Source: Pavona decussata
Lineage: Eukaryota
Assembly: GCA_977016875.1 (NCBI GenBank)
Contig: CDRNST010000123.1
Location: forward strand, 2,232,001-2,296,000
Direction of reading: 5' to 3'
Length of the DNA: 64,000 bases
Shown: in pieces, positions 34,701 through 48,655 of the stretch
Layout of the letters: every line of letters starts with the position of its first letter
How positions within the stretch are numbered: position 1 is the stretch's first letter
The notes under the pieces: generated by a model
What the model was told of the DNA's origin: nothing
Seen by the model: only the letters and a program-made list of their open reading frames with translations
Databases searched by the model: none
Position numbers and translations under genes: made by a program

Positions 34701-37700
34701 AACAGTGTCGTGCATTCCGGGCTATAAGAAGTTCGAAGGCACCTGTTACAAATATCACGTCGACAAGCAAACCTGGGAAGCAGCATTGTTTTTGAGTGCG
34801 AAGGAAAACGCCACATTGGTCTCCTTTCACAAATCACAGGAGGAAGCATTTGTCCAGACACTGATGCCACCAGGATATACAGGTTTAATCTGGACAGGTC
34901 TGAACGACCAGATCACGGAGGGAACCTATACATGGTCAGATGGCACTAACGTTGAGTACTCAACATGGAAAGCAAACGAACCAACAGGAGAGAAGGAAGA
35001 TTGTGTCGGAGTGGAAGTGATCAGCTATGGCACTATGTCCGACGTCCCATGTACTGAGCCTCATTACTATGTCTCTAGGCAACCTCTTGAAGGTGAGAGG
35101 TTAAGTGAACTATTACCATCTTTCTCTAGGTTACCAACGTCACCGTAAGGCTAAGTGATTTAATGAAGGGGAAAGCTACTGTGCAAATACATAGTTACAT
35201 ATAAGCATATCAGTCTGGGTAGGAACCCGCGCAGATAATTTTTTAAACAATAGCTGCCAGGTAAAAGCTTGAGTTCTGATATAAATCAAGGTGAATAAAA
35301 GTAAATGCCCCTTTCGTAACTGGAGTGGCAAGAGAGAGGATTTGCTGGGTGTTCAACGTCTATGTACTTTTATTCTAGTCCTGAAAGATCAAACGCTTTA
35401 ATGGGTCTAATACACCATCGCTCACCATTTTGGATGATCAGTGATAATGGCTGTTCATGTTTGAAAGTTTAGCTGGTTCACCCAATCTCGTCTACTCGCG
35501 GCTTTTCACTTAGCAAAGACCGTAAGCACAGCAGAAAATCAACCCTGGTGACATTAATTTAAGTAACAGCAGTGCCTCTGAAGGTCTTCTAAATATTGTT
35601 TGACTTGAACCTTTTAGGTCTGATAACATATCGCACAAAGCTCCAACTTCCTTCCCTACCGTGGATAGACGAGTATGGCCAGTCAACGTCACCGTTGTTC
35701 ATGCAACTCAAACAAAAGATAGAAACACTGGTACGAATAAAGTTGTCTCTTACACTCAATAATATCTTAAGGCTGATTCACACTATGACGCAAACGTCAG
35801 CGTAAACGCAAGAGCAAGCGCAAGCGACGTTCACACGTCGAACGCAAACGCAAGCAGAATGAGATACGCAAGCGCATTTCAGTATCCCAAGATGGCGGCA
35901 ATCTTGCTCCGATAGTCCGCGTTACCATAGACCAGCAGTCAGGAAACAAGGCCTCTGGGAACGAGATTAAAGATGGCGGAGGAGGACCCCATCTTGGTTT
36001 GAACGTAAACCGTAGAGGCATGGAACGAGTATTTTTCATCTTGCGTTTAAGTTTGCCTTTACGTTGCCCCGGTTCACACGTGTGAAATGCAAACGCAAGC
36101 GCAAGGAAATTTTCCATTTCTTGCGTTTTCTTACGTTGGCTCTTTCGCTTGCGTTTGCATTTGCGTTGTGGTAGTTCACACGTGTGTTTGCTTGCGTTTA
36201 CGTTGCTCGTGTGAACCATCCCTTAAACCCCAATAAATCTGACACGAATTACACCTACTAACTACACAAAAAACAAGTACAAATACACTTGGACTTTACG
36301 AGGCGAATGGTTTAAAGGTAAGGTTACATTTTCATTTACTGGCTTGTATGTGACGCAACTGGTCATGCAATGTGACGTATAAATTAGGACTTACAAGATC
36401 AAGGAAAATAGCTGGCGTTGGTATACAACCAACAAGTAGATATACGGTAGCGCCCCGCTAACTCAAGCTCCGAACGGAAACCAAATAAAAATTCGAGTTA
36501 GCATGGTTGGTGTCGAATTTAAAGTAGCCTGTTAATAAATTTCAAGTAGCCTGTTAATTAACCTACTCTACTCGTCTGGGATTCGTTTCGTGGTCACTTG
36601 ACGGAGGCCGTAAAAGATCTTCTGGCCAGGCGAAATGTCGACGTCGCCGTCATCCCTGGCGGACTTACACCGGTATTGCAGCCCCTTGACAAATGTATTA
36701 ACAAGCCGTTTAAGAACAAGGTACGCTCTCAATATCAGGCTGGGATGGTGAACGGTCCGTTTACTTACACTCCGTCGGGGAAAAAGCGAGCGCCGAGTAA
36801 AGAACTTGTTTTACAGTGGATACACAAAGCTTGGCAAGAGATACCGGCCGATTTAGTCGCCAACTCCTTCAAGTCCTGTGGAATTTCAAACGCTATGGAC
36901 GGCACCGAGGATGAAGCTGTGTGGGAAGAAGAAGGAGCTGGAGCTGATGAAGCAGACGACCAGTTAGAGAACGAGTTCGACACGGACAGCGAGCAGGAAG
37001 ACTAGCCGAGACTAGACGAAGAACAACTACCACCACAACGGCTCTTTTCAGAGCCACCCCGGTTCTTTTCAGAACCACCAAATCTATAAAAGTCAATGAC
37101 CAACAACAAGTGTCTTTTTCTTGTGTTTTTTAAACTGTAAGTTCTTCTCAAATTGTGATCTTAAGATTTTGTTACGTGAAAATACTTGGCTATAAGACGC
37201 ACCCCAATTCTAGCACTAACTTGCCACCCAAAGACAGATTTTTCTTGAAAAAACCGTGCGCCTTATAACCGAATAACCACGGTAGTTTAATGGCCTTAGC
37301 TCCTACGAATCTCCTGAAATTCAGTGGTAGAGCATCCGAACTAGTAATTGGAAGGTCTTAGGTTCGACTCCTGATAGGAGCAATCGGATTTTTTTTTTCG
37401 AGTATGACTGTGTCACTAACTGAATAATACATCACTCTCAATTAATAAACGCATCATGGTTTTATCATTCTTTCACAAGCACGAGTCACTTCGGTGCAAT
37501 AAGTTTGTTTTATAAGAGCTGTTTGATAAGAATATTTAGTATGGGAATCTTAGCCAAAATTTAAAGAACATATTAAGGATAAAACAAAGGTTGATATTGC
37601 CGTTCCCATATATTACACCAGTTATCAATAAAGATTAACGATTTTGACATGTCAATGAGCTATGTTCTGGCATTTGGAGGTTTACTGACCAAAGGCAAAG

Positions 37701-40700
37701 GGAAAGTAAAATTAATGAAAGTCAGCGGGGAGTTCGAGTTAGCTGATAGTAAAGGACTGAAAAAAATGGTGTCAAATCCAAGGGAAATTGTTCGAGTCAG
37801 TGTGGAGCTCGAGTTGACCGAGTTTGAATAGTTTCGCACACTCTGATTTGGCAAATCAAACTCCGGATAATATTTGCTATTCACCACACGGGGGTTGGGT
37901 ATCCACTGGTTGGTAGATTCTAAAACAATTATCCACCAATATCCACCTCCAATTCGATGAATAATTGTTAATTTTTTTTTGCAATTGTGCTGTGATTATG
38001 CTTTGACTTATATTTTTTTGTTTTCTTTTTTAAGCTACTGGATATTTTTAAAAATGACAAGACATTTGTGTCTGGATATGTTGAAGAATTCAGGTGATAT
38101 TTCAAAACTATTTCCCTCATACTTTTACACAACCCTACTAGTTGTAAACGAAAAGTATCGTATTTGTAAGAAGTCTAAGAATTTTAGCTTTCGTCCAAAG
38201 TGATTGACATATTGAACCTCACTTCCAGGGGAATTGTATGGGATTGCAAGTCCTGGCCTCTTGCACTAAGTTGCCAAACCCTTCCAAAAAAGAGCCATTT
38301 CTTCGATTTTCACGGAATTATTTTCTTACAGGAAAAATACTAGAACGCAACCTCAGACTACAACCGCACCACCAAAGCCCAGAATACCGACACCTAGTTC
38401 TCAGACTACTGTACGACCATCAGGCAGACCAACACCGTCTACGCAAGCGACTCCTGCTACAGCCCCAACTTCAAGGTGGGTGACTAAAACATCGTAAGTA
38501 AATTATTTCGGCGTTATGCTTTGTACATTTAAAATTATAAAATTCTAAGTTTTACATACGGCTATAGAAACGAACATTCTTGTGACTTTTATTTACATTT
38601 TGTATGTTTGGAATAAGACTCGTTCGCGTCCCGTGGACGCGGGAGTTTCCTCTCATTTCAGTGTAGTTTGGGAGAACATAAACTTTTAGTTTCTCCAAAT
38701 TTTTCACACATGCATCAAACTTAGAAAAATAAACACGCCCTTTCTTTCACTATTCCCTGACTATAATATTTTTCGATCTGATCTGAGAAAATTTGGCGAA
38801 AACGCAATGTCGTGATCTTAAGGGTTGGAAGTTTAAATTAAATTAAGTTGCCTGTTTGCTCCAGCTATACCCAAAGGCGCACCCTTGCATAATTTACAAG
38901 TCTATTTTGCACCTTTAGGGAAAAGCCGTCGGTAACAGTGTCACTGATTTTAAAGTTCGGTCCTAATCTTGCTCCGGATCCAACAAAACCAATTCAAGAC
39001 CATTTGAGGAAAAACCTTGGACGCCTCCCAGCACCAGTTAGCCAGAAGTCCCTGATACAATCTGTCAGAATTGTTCCTCCGGGTAGGTGTTCTCCTCTTT
39101 TGTATACATGCTACTGCTAACCAATAGTAATTGAAATAGATATACTCACCAACTGATTAGCAATCCCCATTACCACTGTATTCTATTGACGCCTTCCTCT
39201 AATTCTCGAGAGTGTTTTTCAATGATAAGTTTGACTCGGTTTCAGTCTTTCACAGCTGTCTGCATAGAGGCTCTTTAAACTATCCATTTACCCAGCTATT
39301 TATCTGGGCAATGAACGCAATTCAGACGACCTGCAAATTATCAATAACCATTAGCGAAAGCAGACGTTTCGACGCCATCCTGACTTCATTATTTTTAGAT
39401 TTAAAATAACCATTCAAGTAGAGTTAGGTTAAACTATGAACGTGCCAGGGTATAAATAACTCATTAGGTGTTTTGATATGCCGTATCGCTGTATCTTTTT
39501 ACGAGTTAAGTTGTATTTTGACGAGACCGTGGGGCGAGTCAAAATACACTGCGATCCTATACACTAAAAAATCTTATGAACCGGAATTGAACCTATGGGG
39601 TGGAAATTTCGTAGCATATTCGTACCCGTTTCGCGCGTAATCCGAAGAGCACAAAGTAAAGTTGGATAATAAAAGAAAACTCTTAAATTCTTTCCAGGGG
39701 TTGCACCGGCCGTTTTAGGAACCTGCACCTCCAGCTGCCTCACAACCTGCTTAGTTACTTGCAATCCATTTTGCTGTAACTCCAAGATACCGGCCACCAG
39801 TAGCGTCCAGTATTCAGGCTTGCAACAAGGAGTTATAGCACAGGCAGCTCCTAAAGGACTTATCATGCCCAATTTACGTTCACAAGTTAGCATGTTTCCT
39901 GTTCCAATGGTAACACCTCAGATGCCATCCCCAGTGTCTCTGTCCGTGAGATGTGGTCCAAACTTTTTAAGGCCCTGTCCACCCGGAATGCAAGTTACAC
40001 AAATGGCACAGGGGTCTTACAACATGCCTCGACTTGGCAATCCAAGAGGAAAGTTCCAGCCACAACCACGTCCAATCGTCTCTCTTTCACAACTGACGTT
40101 GCCAAGAGCTCCTGCTTTTAGCTGGAACTATCCAAAGCAGCAAGTATTTCTTCCAAGGACGTTTGCCAGACCGATCCAGTTACCGTGTATTCCCAGTCAG
40201 TATAATTCTTGTCCACCGGCGAAGAAAGTTTCTTCAAAGCCTAAATCTGTAGTAGATTCACCGCTACACGTGATACATCTCCCACCAGCACCACCGCCTT
40301 CTAGTTTAATGCAGTCACCATGTATCCCAAGTGCATTCAACCCTTGTCCACCACCAAAAATACCTACAGTTAAGCCAGCATCAGTCGTAGATTCACCAGT
40401 CCATGTAATACACCTTCCTCCGGCACCACCACCACCCCCACCACTTTACTTTCCACGGCCGCAATTTATGCCTGTAATGTGTATTCCTCGACCTTATTAT
40501 CCTTGTCCACCGGGAACTAGAAAGCTTTCTAAGCCCTCGCACAAGAAGGGAAAGTCTCGAGCTTTCATGCCAAAACCGGCGCCAGGCTTCTATCAATTCC
40601 CCTATGGCGTACAACCATATATGCGACCTTCATTTGTACCTTATGCACCTTTTGCCCCACGTCCGATGCTCCCTTTACCAGTGCAACAACCAGCACAATT

Positions 40701-43700
40701 CGTACCTCAGCCTTACAGCTTTCGACCACAGTTTCAGAGTTACCGTCCTCCTGTATGGCGACAGTATATGCAAAGACCCTTTGGAATGGTTCCGTTGCCT
40801 GCGATGGCTCAACGTACCAATCTTAATATTAAGAATGCACCTAGAAATGACAAGCTAAAGCAGCCGAAGCAGACCCAACTTAAACTCATCCCTGCGAAAG
40901 GACCAGTTTCTTTACAAGGCTCTACATTGCTTTATCCCAAGCCAGCTCCACCTGTACTCCTTTCCCCTTATACTCCCCAAGTCCCAGCTCCGTGTATTCC
41001 ATCTCTTCGTAATCCCTGCGTTCCATTTCGTCTTCCACCCGGACAGCCGCCGTCTAATATGATCCGGCTACCGTGCATTCCTAGTTTGTACAACTCATGT
41101 CCACCACCCAAAACGCCACCAATGAAACCCTTGTCAGTAATTAACTCACCACTTCACGTAATACATCTCCCACCAGCTCCACAGCCTTCAGGTATAATGC
41201 TGCCTCCATGTATTCCTAGTTCATCCAACTCTTGTCCACCATCAAAAATGCCTACATTAAAACCTACGTCAATAGTAGACTCGCCGCTTCACGTCATACA
41301 TCTTCCACCAGCACCACCGCCTTCTAGTTTAATGCAGTCACCATGTATCCCAAGTGCATTCAACCCTTGTCCACCACCAAAAATACCTACAGTTAAGCCA
41401 GCATCAGTCGTAGATTCACCAGTCCATGTAATACACCTTCCTCCGGCACCACCACAACCCCCACCACTTTTCTTTCCACGGCCACAATTTATGCCTGTTA
41501 TGTGTATTCCTCGACCTTATTATCCTTGTCCACCGGGAACTAGAAAGCTTTCTAAGCCCTCGCACAAGAAGGGAAAGTCTCGAGCTTTTATGCCAAAACC
41601 GGCGCCAGGCTCCTATCAATTCCCCTATGGCGTACAACCATACATGCGACCTTCATTTGTACCTTATGCACCTTTTGCCCCACGTCCGATGCTCCCCTTA
41701 CCAGTGCAACAACCAGCACAAGTCTTACCTCAGCCTTACAGCTTTCGACCACAGTTTCAGAGTTATCGTCCTCCTGTATGGCCACAGTTTATGCAAAGAC
41801 CCTTTGGAATGGTTCCTTGGGCTGCGATGGCTCAACGTACCAATCTTCCTACCACGGATGCACCTGCAAATGACAAGCTAAAGCAGCTAAAGCAGACTCG
41901 AGTTAAACTCATCCATTTGAAAGGACCAGTTTCGTTAAAAGGCCATACATTGCTTTATCCCAAGCCAGTCCCACCTGTACTCCTTCCTCCTTATACTCCT
42001 CAAGTCCCAGCTCCGTGTATACCATCTCTTCGTAATCCCTGCGTTCCATTTCGTCTTCCACCCGGACAGCCGCCGTCTAATATGATGTGGCCACCGTGTA
42101 TTCCTAGTTTGTACAACTCATGTCCACCACCCAAAACGCCACCAACGAAACCCTTGTCAGTAATTAACTCACCACTTCACGTAATACATCTCCCACCAAC
42201 TCCACAGCCTTCAGGTATAATGCAGCCTCCATGTATTCCTAGTTCATCCAACTCTTGTCCACCACCAAAAATGCCTACATTAAAACCTACGTCAATAGTA
42301 GACTCGCCGCTTCACGTGATACATCTTCCACCAGTACCACCGCCTTCAAGTTTAATGCAGTCACCATGTATCCCAAGTGCATTCAACCCTTGTCCACCAC
42401 CAAAAATACCTACAGTTAAGCCAGCATCAGTCGTAGATTCACCAGTCCATGTAATACACCTTCCTCCGGCACCACCGGCTCCACCACAACCCCCACCACT
42501 TTTCTTTCCAAGGCCACAATTTATGCCTGTAATGTGTATTCCTCGACCTTATTATCCTTGTCCACCGGGAACTAGAAAGCTTTCTAAGCCCTCGCACAAG
42601 AAGGGAAAGTCTCGAGCTTTTATGCCAAAACCGGCGCCAGGCTCCTACCAATTTCCCTATGGCGTACAACCATATATGCGACCTCCATTTGTACCTTATG
42701 CACCTTTTGCCCCACGTCCGATGCTCCCCTTACCAGTACAACAACCAGCACAATTCGTACCTCAGCCTTATAACTTTTAACCACAATTTCATAGCTATCG
42801 TCCTTTTGTATGGCCAAAGTATATGCAAAGACCCTTTGGAATGGTTCCTTGGCCTGCGATGGCTCAACGTACTAACGGTCCCGTCAAGAACACACCCGTA
42901 AAAGACAAGCCAAAGCAGGCTCAACCCAGGCCAATCCCTGCGAAAGGACCGGTTTCTATACAAGGCTCTATATTGCTTTATCCCAGGCCAGTTCCAGCTG
43001 TACCCCTTCCTCCTTCCCCTCAGGTTCCCGCTCCGTGTATTTCAAATCCAAAAAATCCTTGTTTGCCGTTTCGACCTTATCCAGCGGTGTCGAATCCCTA
43101 TCCATCAGTTTATCCCTGCATCCCTTCTCTAGCGAATCCCTGTCTTCCATTCCCAGGGAAGCCAGTAACGAAACCCACAACCAAGATTACTACGCCGGTT
43201 CAATCGAAACCCATATTGTTAACTAGACCGTTGCAGCTGCAAGGGAGCGTTTACATCAATTCTCGTCCAGCCCCTCCAAGAACTACGTATCTTGGCAATG
43301 CTCCATGTATTCCAACTACAAGAAGACCATGCAACCCATTAATACCTCCTCGTCAAGTTCTTACTCCACCAAGCTATGTTGCACCAAACATCGTAAATCC
43401 TTTCTCGAAATATGTGCCTCAGCAACCTATTAGGAATGTTGCGCCAGTCGCCAATAATCCAAATGTACCACAGCAGGTTCCAGCTGCTCCACATTCATTA
43501 GTTGTTCAGCTTCCTGAGATTTCCCTTGTTCCAGCACCAGCACCGCCACCATCATTACCTGTCGTTTCACCCAAAGCCAACAACTGCCCAATTTCCTGTA
43601 TTCACTACCCAGGTCCATTCTGCCCACCGTATTGTGCAGCGTTTTGTTGCAAAAAGAAAAATGTGACCGTGACCCTTTCAAAGAAGAAAGCAGAGAAAAA

Positions 43701-43761
43701 AAACGAAAAAACTAAAAAGCAAAAGACAATTCTCAAAGTAAAGAAGCCTAAAAAAGGATAG
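25893..43761 (+). CDS. NOWA-like copy B: signal peptide-VWA-LamG-EGF-PTS-CAP-CTLD-split SEA-CRD-Pro/Cys repeats-CRD-basic tail (one in-frame TAA at 42778)
   Basis: Exons 25893-25962, 26226-26801 (VWA, MIDAS DASSS/T/TDG), 28068-28531 and 29612-29789 (LamG/ConA), 31308-31427 (EGF), 31818-31913, 32089-32190, 32844-33278 (CAP), 33631-33654, 34706-35092 (CTLD), 35618-35730, 38035-38093, 38332-38475, 38919-39082 (SEA), 39698-43761. All GT-AG with matching phases; 2004 aa to the internal stop, 2331 aa if read through. Confidence 0.85.
28719..28789 (+). repeat. (TTTA)n microsatellite
   Basis: Near-perfect tetranucleotide run in an intron. Confidence 0.95.
30259..31049. mobile_element. Tc1/mariner-pogo-type non-autonomous element, TA TSD
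   Basis: TA-CCGTGTAGCA.GAAA.TTTTGCGGG ... GCTACACGG-TA; copy A has the empty site CAACTTAGTCTTCAT at about 8536-8550. Confidence 0.92.
35770..36223. mobile_element. PIF/Harbinger-like MITE related to 15675-16187
   Basis: AGGCTGATTCACAC ... GTGTGAACCATCCCT, T(T/A)A flanks, GCAAAC/GCAAGC repeats; absent from copy A. Confidence 0.75.
36568..37282 (+). mobile_element. 5'-truncated pogo/Tigger transposon (DDE_1 C-terminal half plus right end)
   Basis: [10 protein letters not shown]...[21 protein letters not shown], acidic tail, stop at 37005; end ...CACGG-TA. Confidence 0.85.
37296..37400 (+). mobile_element. tRNA-derived SINE-like head
   Basis: Interrupted A box (TAGCTC..TCAGTGGTAGAGC) and B box GGTTCGACTCC; no full cloverleaf. 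Confidence 0.6.
40240..42870 (+). repeat. Intragenic coding tandem repeat, 1023-bp (341-aa) unit, about 2.5 copies
   Basis: Equivalent positions at 40393, 41416 and 42439; near-identical peptide blocks. Confidence 0.92.
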
Positions 43762-44959
43762 CTCCTGTGTAAGTTTTTATCATGTGAATAGATAATACAT
43801 ATGTTTGACATTATAATATGATTTAACGAAGGATAGTTACTTCGATTTTCACGTGTCATATATTATTTAAACTTATTTCCTTTTATGATTTTGAAACGTT
43901 ATCGTCGTTACCTATAGCAAATATATTTTGGACTTTTTCGTGATAAATGATATTTTACACTCAAAAGCCCTTTTCAGGTAGTGTCATTAAAGTTTGTTTT
44001 GTATTATATTTTAAGACCCTTTTCAGCCTTTTTGCTTGAAATTCCTCTATTTAAGAACGTGATCATGTTTCGTGAGAGGTGAAAGGCGTCTATAATTAAA
44101 CGTGAAGATTTACTCCCTGAATCGTGCTACATGACGACCTACTATTCAATTACTTATTAAATGACCTTGATGCTTATTGCTTCTCATCAACATTTTTCAA
44201 CTCTTCCGGGCCTGTTCCTTGTTAGCCTACCAGATCCTCTAGAATATTTAATTATGCATTCTTGGGATTTAGGTTATTTCCAAAATTGCATAAACTGCAG
44301 AAATATTTTCAAGTACAAGGACGTGATCTTCAGGCCGTTCCAGGCTTTCAGATGGTTGGGAGAGAATCTTCGTCATGAGAAAAAGATACCATCGCCGGGG
44401 CAAACGAGAGGGGACTAATAGCTCCCTCCTTTTCCTTTTTCTCGCAAAATATTTTTCTCATCGTGTGTCATCGTTCTTTCTTTCCCGCTGAACGCCTGGA
44501 ACAGACCATGCAATTTTATTTGATCTGCTCTCTCGGTGATAACGTGTTTACTGTAGGTTTCGTGGATTAAAAAAACCATCAAAGGAAGAGTCGCTGTCCA
44601 ATCTGATAAGTTAGTCAGTATTACCAGGGTAGCCCATTAAGCTACAAGACTGGACTTAATAGGTACCCTGGACTAGTGGGCGTATACAATTAGAAATGCA
44701 GAAACACAAAGATAGATAAAACATCTGCCACAAAAAAAAAAAAATCAAAAAGTACAAAAATAACTAATGAAGGTAAAAGTTATGAACGATACTCAATTTT
44801 CATGTTTTTATAGTAAAGAGGGGACAACCTAAGTTCTCTTACCCATATTGCGTTTAGGCTAGTAGATGATAGATAAATCTTTATTTATAAATAAATGAAG
44901 ATAAAGTCTTACAGGCAAAAAGTGCTCGATGCTTTAAAGCAGTACTTGATATTGTATAC

Positions 44960-45210
44960 GGAGAAATCAAAGAGATACATAAGTTCGCTTTAACTGTGAG
45001 TTTCGCGCCCTCAGGCGATCATTACACAGGCTTTAATGCCATGAACGCTAATTATGAAGACAATAAGCCTACAGACTTCTACTATGATTACCATAAACAT
45101 CTTGTACATATCAAAACAAAACGTGTATTTATCGCATTAAAGCATGTCTGATGATTGCCTCAGGGCGTGAAACTCATAGTTACAGCAATCTTATGTATCC
45201 TCTATGACTC
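44960..45210. repeat. Long imperfect inverted repeat (foldback element remnant)
   Basis: ACTGTGAGTTTCGCGCCCTCAGGCGATCAT..GCTTTAATGC versus GCATTAAAGC..ATGATTGCCTCAGGGCGTGAAACTCATAGT. Confidence 0.75.
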
Positions 45211-48200
45211 CGAAATCTTTATTTAAACACGTTGAGTACTAAAGCATTACAATGCTTGTGGGGTCATGTGCTCACTAATAAAAACTGCAATTAATATGTA
45301 GTATATAGAGAGCAAGAGAAAACACGTATAACATAATTTAGGCTTGCACTTTTCTTGTAATAAAATTTAGACATTTTGCTTGCGAGTGTCTGCAAAAATG
45401 AACTGTTGAAGTAAAGTTCTTTGATTTAATAGTCGTGTTTCACATTGGCAGGTGTATGTCGTCAAGAGTAAGTTAACTCCTGTTTCTGTATCATTTAAAC
45501 CACTGAGAAGGAGTGTAACCATTCCCCTCCAACAGCTACTATGTTGAGGTTTCCTAACGATCGATTAGGCTTGGGCCCTGTTCCCGGGCACTGTAAAACT
45601 ACGTTGTTCAGACTCCTTAATACCCAAGGAGTTATCGTTTTCTCGTTCGTCAATTTAGCGCGCGCCATTTCGTTTACTGCACGAAGCATGAGAAAAACGT
45701 ATGGGAACTGACAAAATCTTCTTCAGACCATTGCTCGAGCCTAGGAACGGTGCCCGAGTAACAAGTAGCATTTGAAGCACTGCCCGTGTCTGGGTACGAT
45801 GCCCAGAACTTTTGCTCGGCCATCGACATGAAACTATGTTCAGACTAGTGCCTGTTCCAGAGAATCGGGTCTAGTCTGAACAGGGCCCCGTTCAGACTAG
45901 GTGCCCAGGTCTGGTTCCCGGGCGCGGGCGCTGTACTTTCTCCCAGTTTCCTAAATTTTACAAACGATGTAGGCGGTTACAGGATAGAAAACTGAACAAA
46001 GCCAAGCCTCAAATTGAAACAGAGCATTGCTGAAGCACCACCCGCAATGTTAGTTAACGTATACCAATTAAAAAATGTTTTTAATTCGCGACGGTGATCT
46101 CATAGAAACGTGTATTTAACTCAAGACCCATGCCATGCTAGTATCTTGTACTGACTCTGTGCTCACGAATTTGAGGCAGCTTTTCTGCAAATCAAAATGA
46201 CACTCGATTTGCCTAAAGCAACTAGAGAACGAAAAAAGTGACAATTGGAGCACAAAACGTAGCACAAGATTGTTATGAACACAATTTATAACTACCTGTA
46301 GATCGTTTGTCGTCACAATTTGTTACGAAAAACAATTCCATGATTCCAAAGCTTGCGCTACTTTCATTATCAATTCAAAGATTTCTTTGCTCTCCATATA
46401 AAACACAGCGTAAAGCATTCTGATACATATCCGAAAGGAAGAAAAGTTGTCTTTAAAATCTAAAAACCGCTACAAAATAGCATGAATTTTAATGAACTCC
46501 AAGGAACATTTTGCCCAGATTTCAGAAACTTGTGTGTCCACTTGTGTGTCCAAAAATAAAATCGTGACGTTAGTGTTTTGATATTTAAAAGGAAACAGAA
46601 ATAATCTTTAAAGGTTTTCCTGTAGCAAATGACAAAAAAGAAATTTAAATCTTGTCTGAAAGAGCGTCTTCTTCTTTTAAGATAGCTTTCTTTCCTGGAA
46701 CGCTGTAACTTCTCAACATCTGCAAGCATCTTGTTTGATTAACTTCTACAAATGACCTGCTCTAATCAGTTTTATTTTAACTTGTTTTAACAAAAGCAAA
46801 ACAAAACAACAGATAATCCACCATTTCTGTTGGATAACCAAAACGAAAACATGACGTTACTTATGATCAAAAATATTCAAGGGTTAAGGATTGAATCACC
46901 ATAACCAGACAAAGAAGTAGTTTTGTTTTGGAGCCATGTCTGAAGGTTTCTAGGTACGACCAAGAGTTGTGAGGATTGGCTCCGTAAACCATCTTATAAA
47001 TACAGGTAAGAGGAAATTATTCGCTTTAACCCTTTCACTGCAGAGTCAAAGTCTTATGTTTTGTTTTGCACCTAATTTCTGCCTGTGTGGTTATGATCCT
47101 AAACTGACAATTCGAAAGGCCGGCTTGCAGCTGTGCCCTCCAATGTCACTCCTTGATTTGCAATATTTTTCCAAAGAAAAGTTGTAAACTTGAACATTAC
47201 TGCAACGAAAGGGTTTAAGTGAGTCTCTCTTTCATCGTCTTCTTTCCAGTAATGATTTTAACCTGTATTTTATCATTGCAATCGATATGAGTTAAATGGT
47301 TTCATAAGCTTTTTATCAGCTTATAATTACGCAAGTATTTTGACCAATATTCAGTAACCCTTTACTACAATTAATGTAAATTAACCTTTCTAAAATGTTT
47401 CATTTGTAAACGATCATCCTTCAGCTGGATAAATAGCTTTGATATTAATTGCAAAGTTTTCCAAAAAGATGGTTCCTCTTTTTTTTCCATTTGCTCGTTA
47501 AAGATGACCGATACGATAAAGGTTACATGTATACCTTATCCGAAAAGCTGTCTTATCTTCGACAGGAATCAATAATTATTTCAGGAAGTCTTAACGTCTG
47601 TTACAACACCCTCGATATTGTTATGAATTAAGCATTCCGTCATGATATGGTCATTTAACTACATGACATAATAGATCTTCGCTATGTTATTAAAACCATT
47701 GTAGTTTCAACTCAGCGTTTTTTAGTTTATAACTGCAGCCCTTAGCTTTTACAAATCCGCCAGTTTCGGAAAAAAAAGAAAAAAGGATTTTCACTAACGC
47801 AGCAGTAATAAATTGGTATGATTAATGACCTAGGAAAATACCTGATGTTTGTCCCACCTGCCATGTTTATAAATCTCATGATTATATCTGAAATGATCCG
47901 TGCAATATGTAATACCAATTAACCTGTGTTCTTCAACGTAGGGACCGAGCTCTTTGATTAACAAGGGATTCTCAAGACTAAGGTGTAGTATAATATTATA
48001 ATGATTTCAACATATTGGTTTTAGGGCGAATTCTTTGCTGAAAGGTTTGGTTCATCAATTACACAGATCCATAACCTGTAGATAGCTTTAACAAAGACAG
48101 CCTAAATGTCAAAGGCCTTTTAGGCCACGTCTTAGGCGGTCTTGCCATCTATTCCAAAAAATGCAACTTACAAGATTTTATGCTTACTCGAAAGAATGTT

Positions 48201-48655
48201 TATGTTGTTGTCGTTAACTGTAGAGGGCGGTAAAAAAACGGCGTCTTAAATACACCAATCGACAGACTGCCTTTCTTTTCACACCCGCCCTTCGCTGACT
48301 GGGTCCGGTCAATTTTACTTATTGGTTAATGTGTATTGCGGTTGTCATACACTTAGCTTCAAACTTTTTTATTACACAAACACGTGCTAGTTAATTCCCT
48401 ACAAAGTTTGATCAAATTGAGACATTTTAATCAACCTTCCAAAGACTGATGGGGGTTCCGTGAGTTCTCCTTACATGAATTAGATTTATTACTCATTTTA
48501 TGTAAACATGTATATAAAGTAAGTGCATTCAATCATCACACCACTTTTTAAATAACTCATCAAAAAGTATAATATAGTATAACAGAACACTCCTTAACTC
48601 AGTTTCGCTTTTGCTTGCTTAACCCTTGCAGGTTTGGAAAGCCTAGCTGAGTGAT

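Noticed and set aside
37296-37400. Functional tRNA gene
   Set aside because: A box interrupted, no acceptor stem; fits a tRNA-derived repeat.
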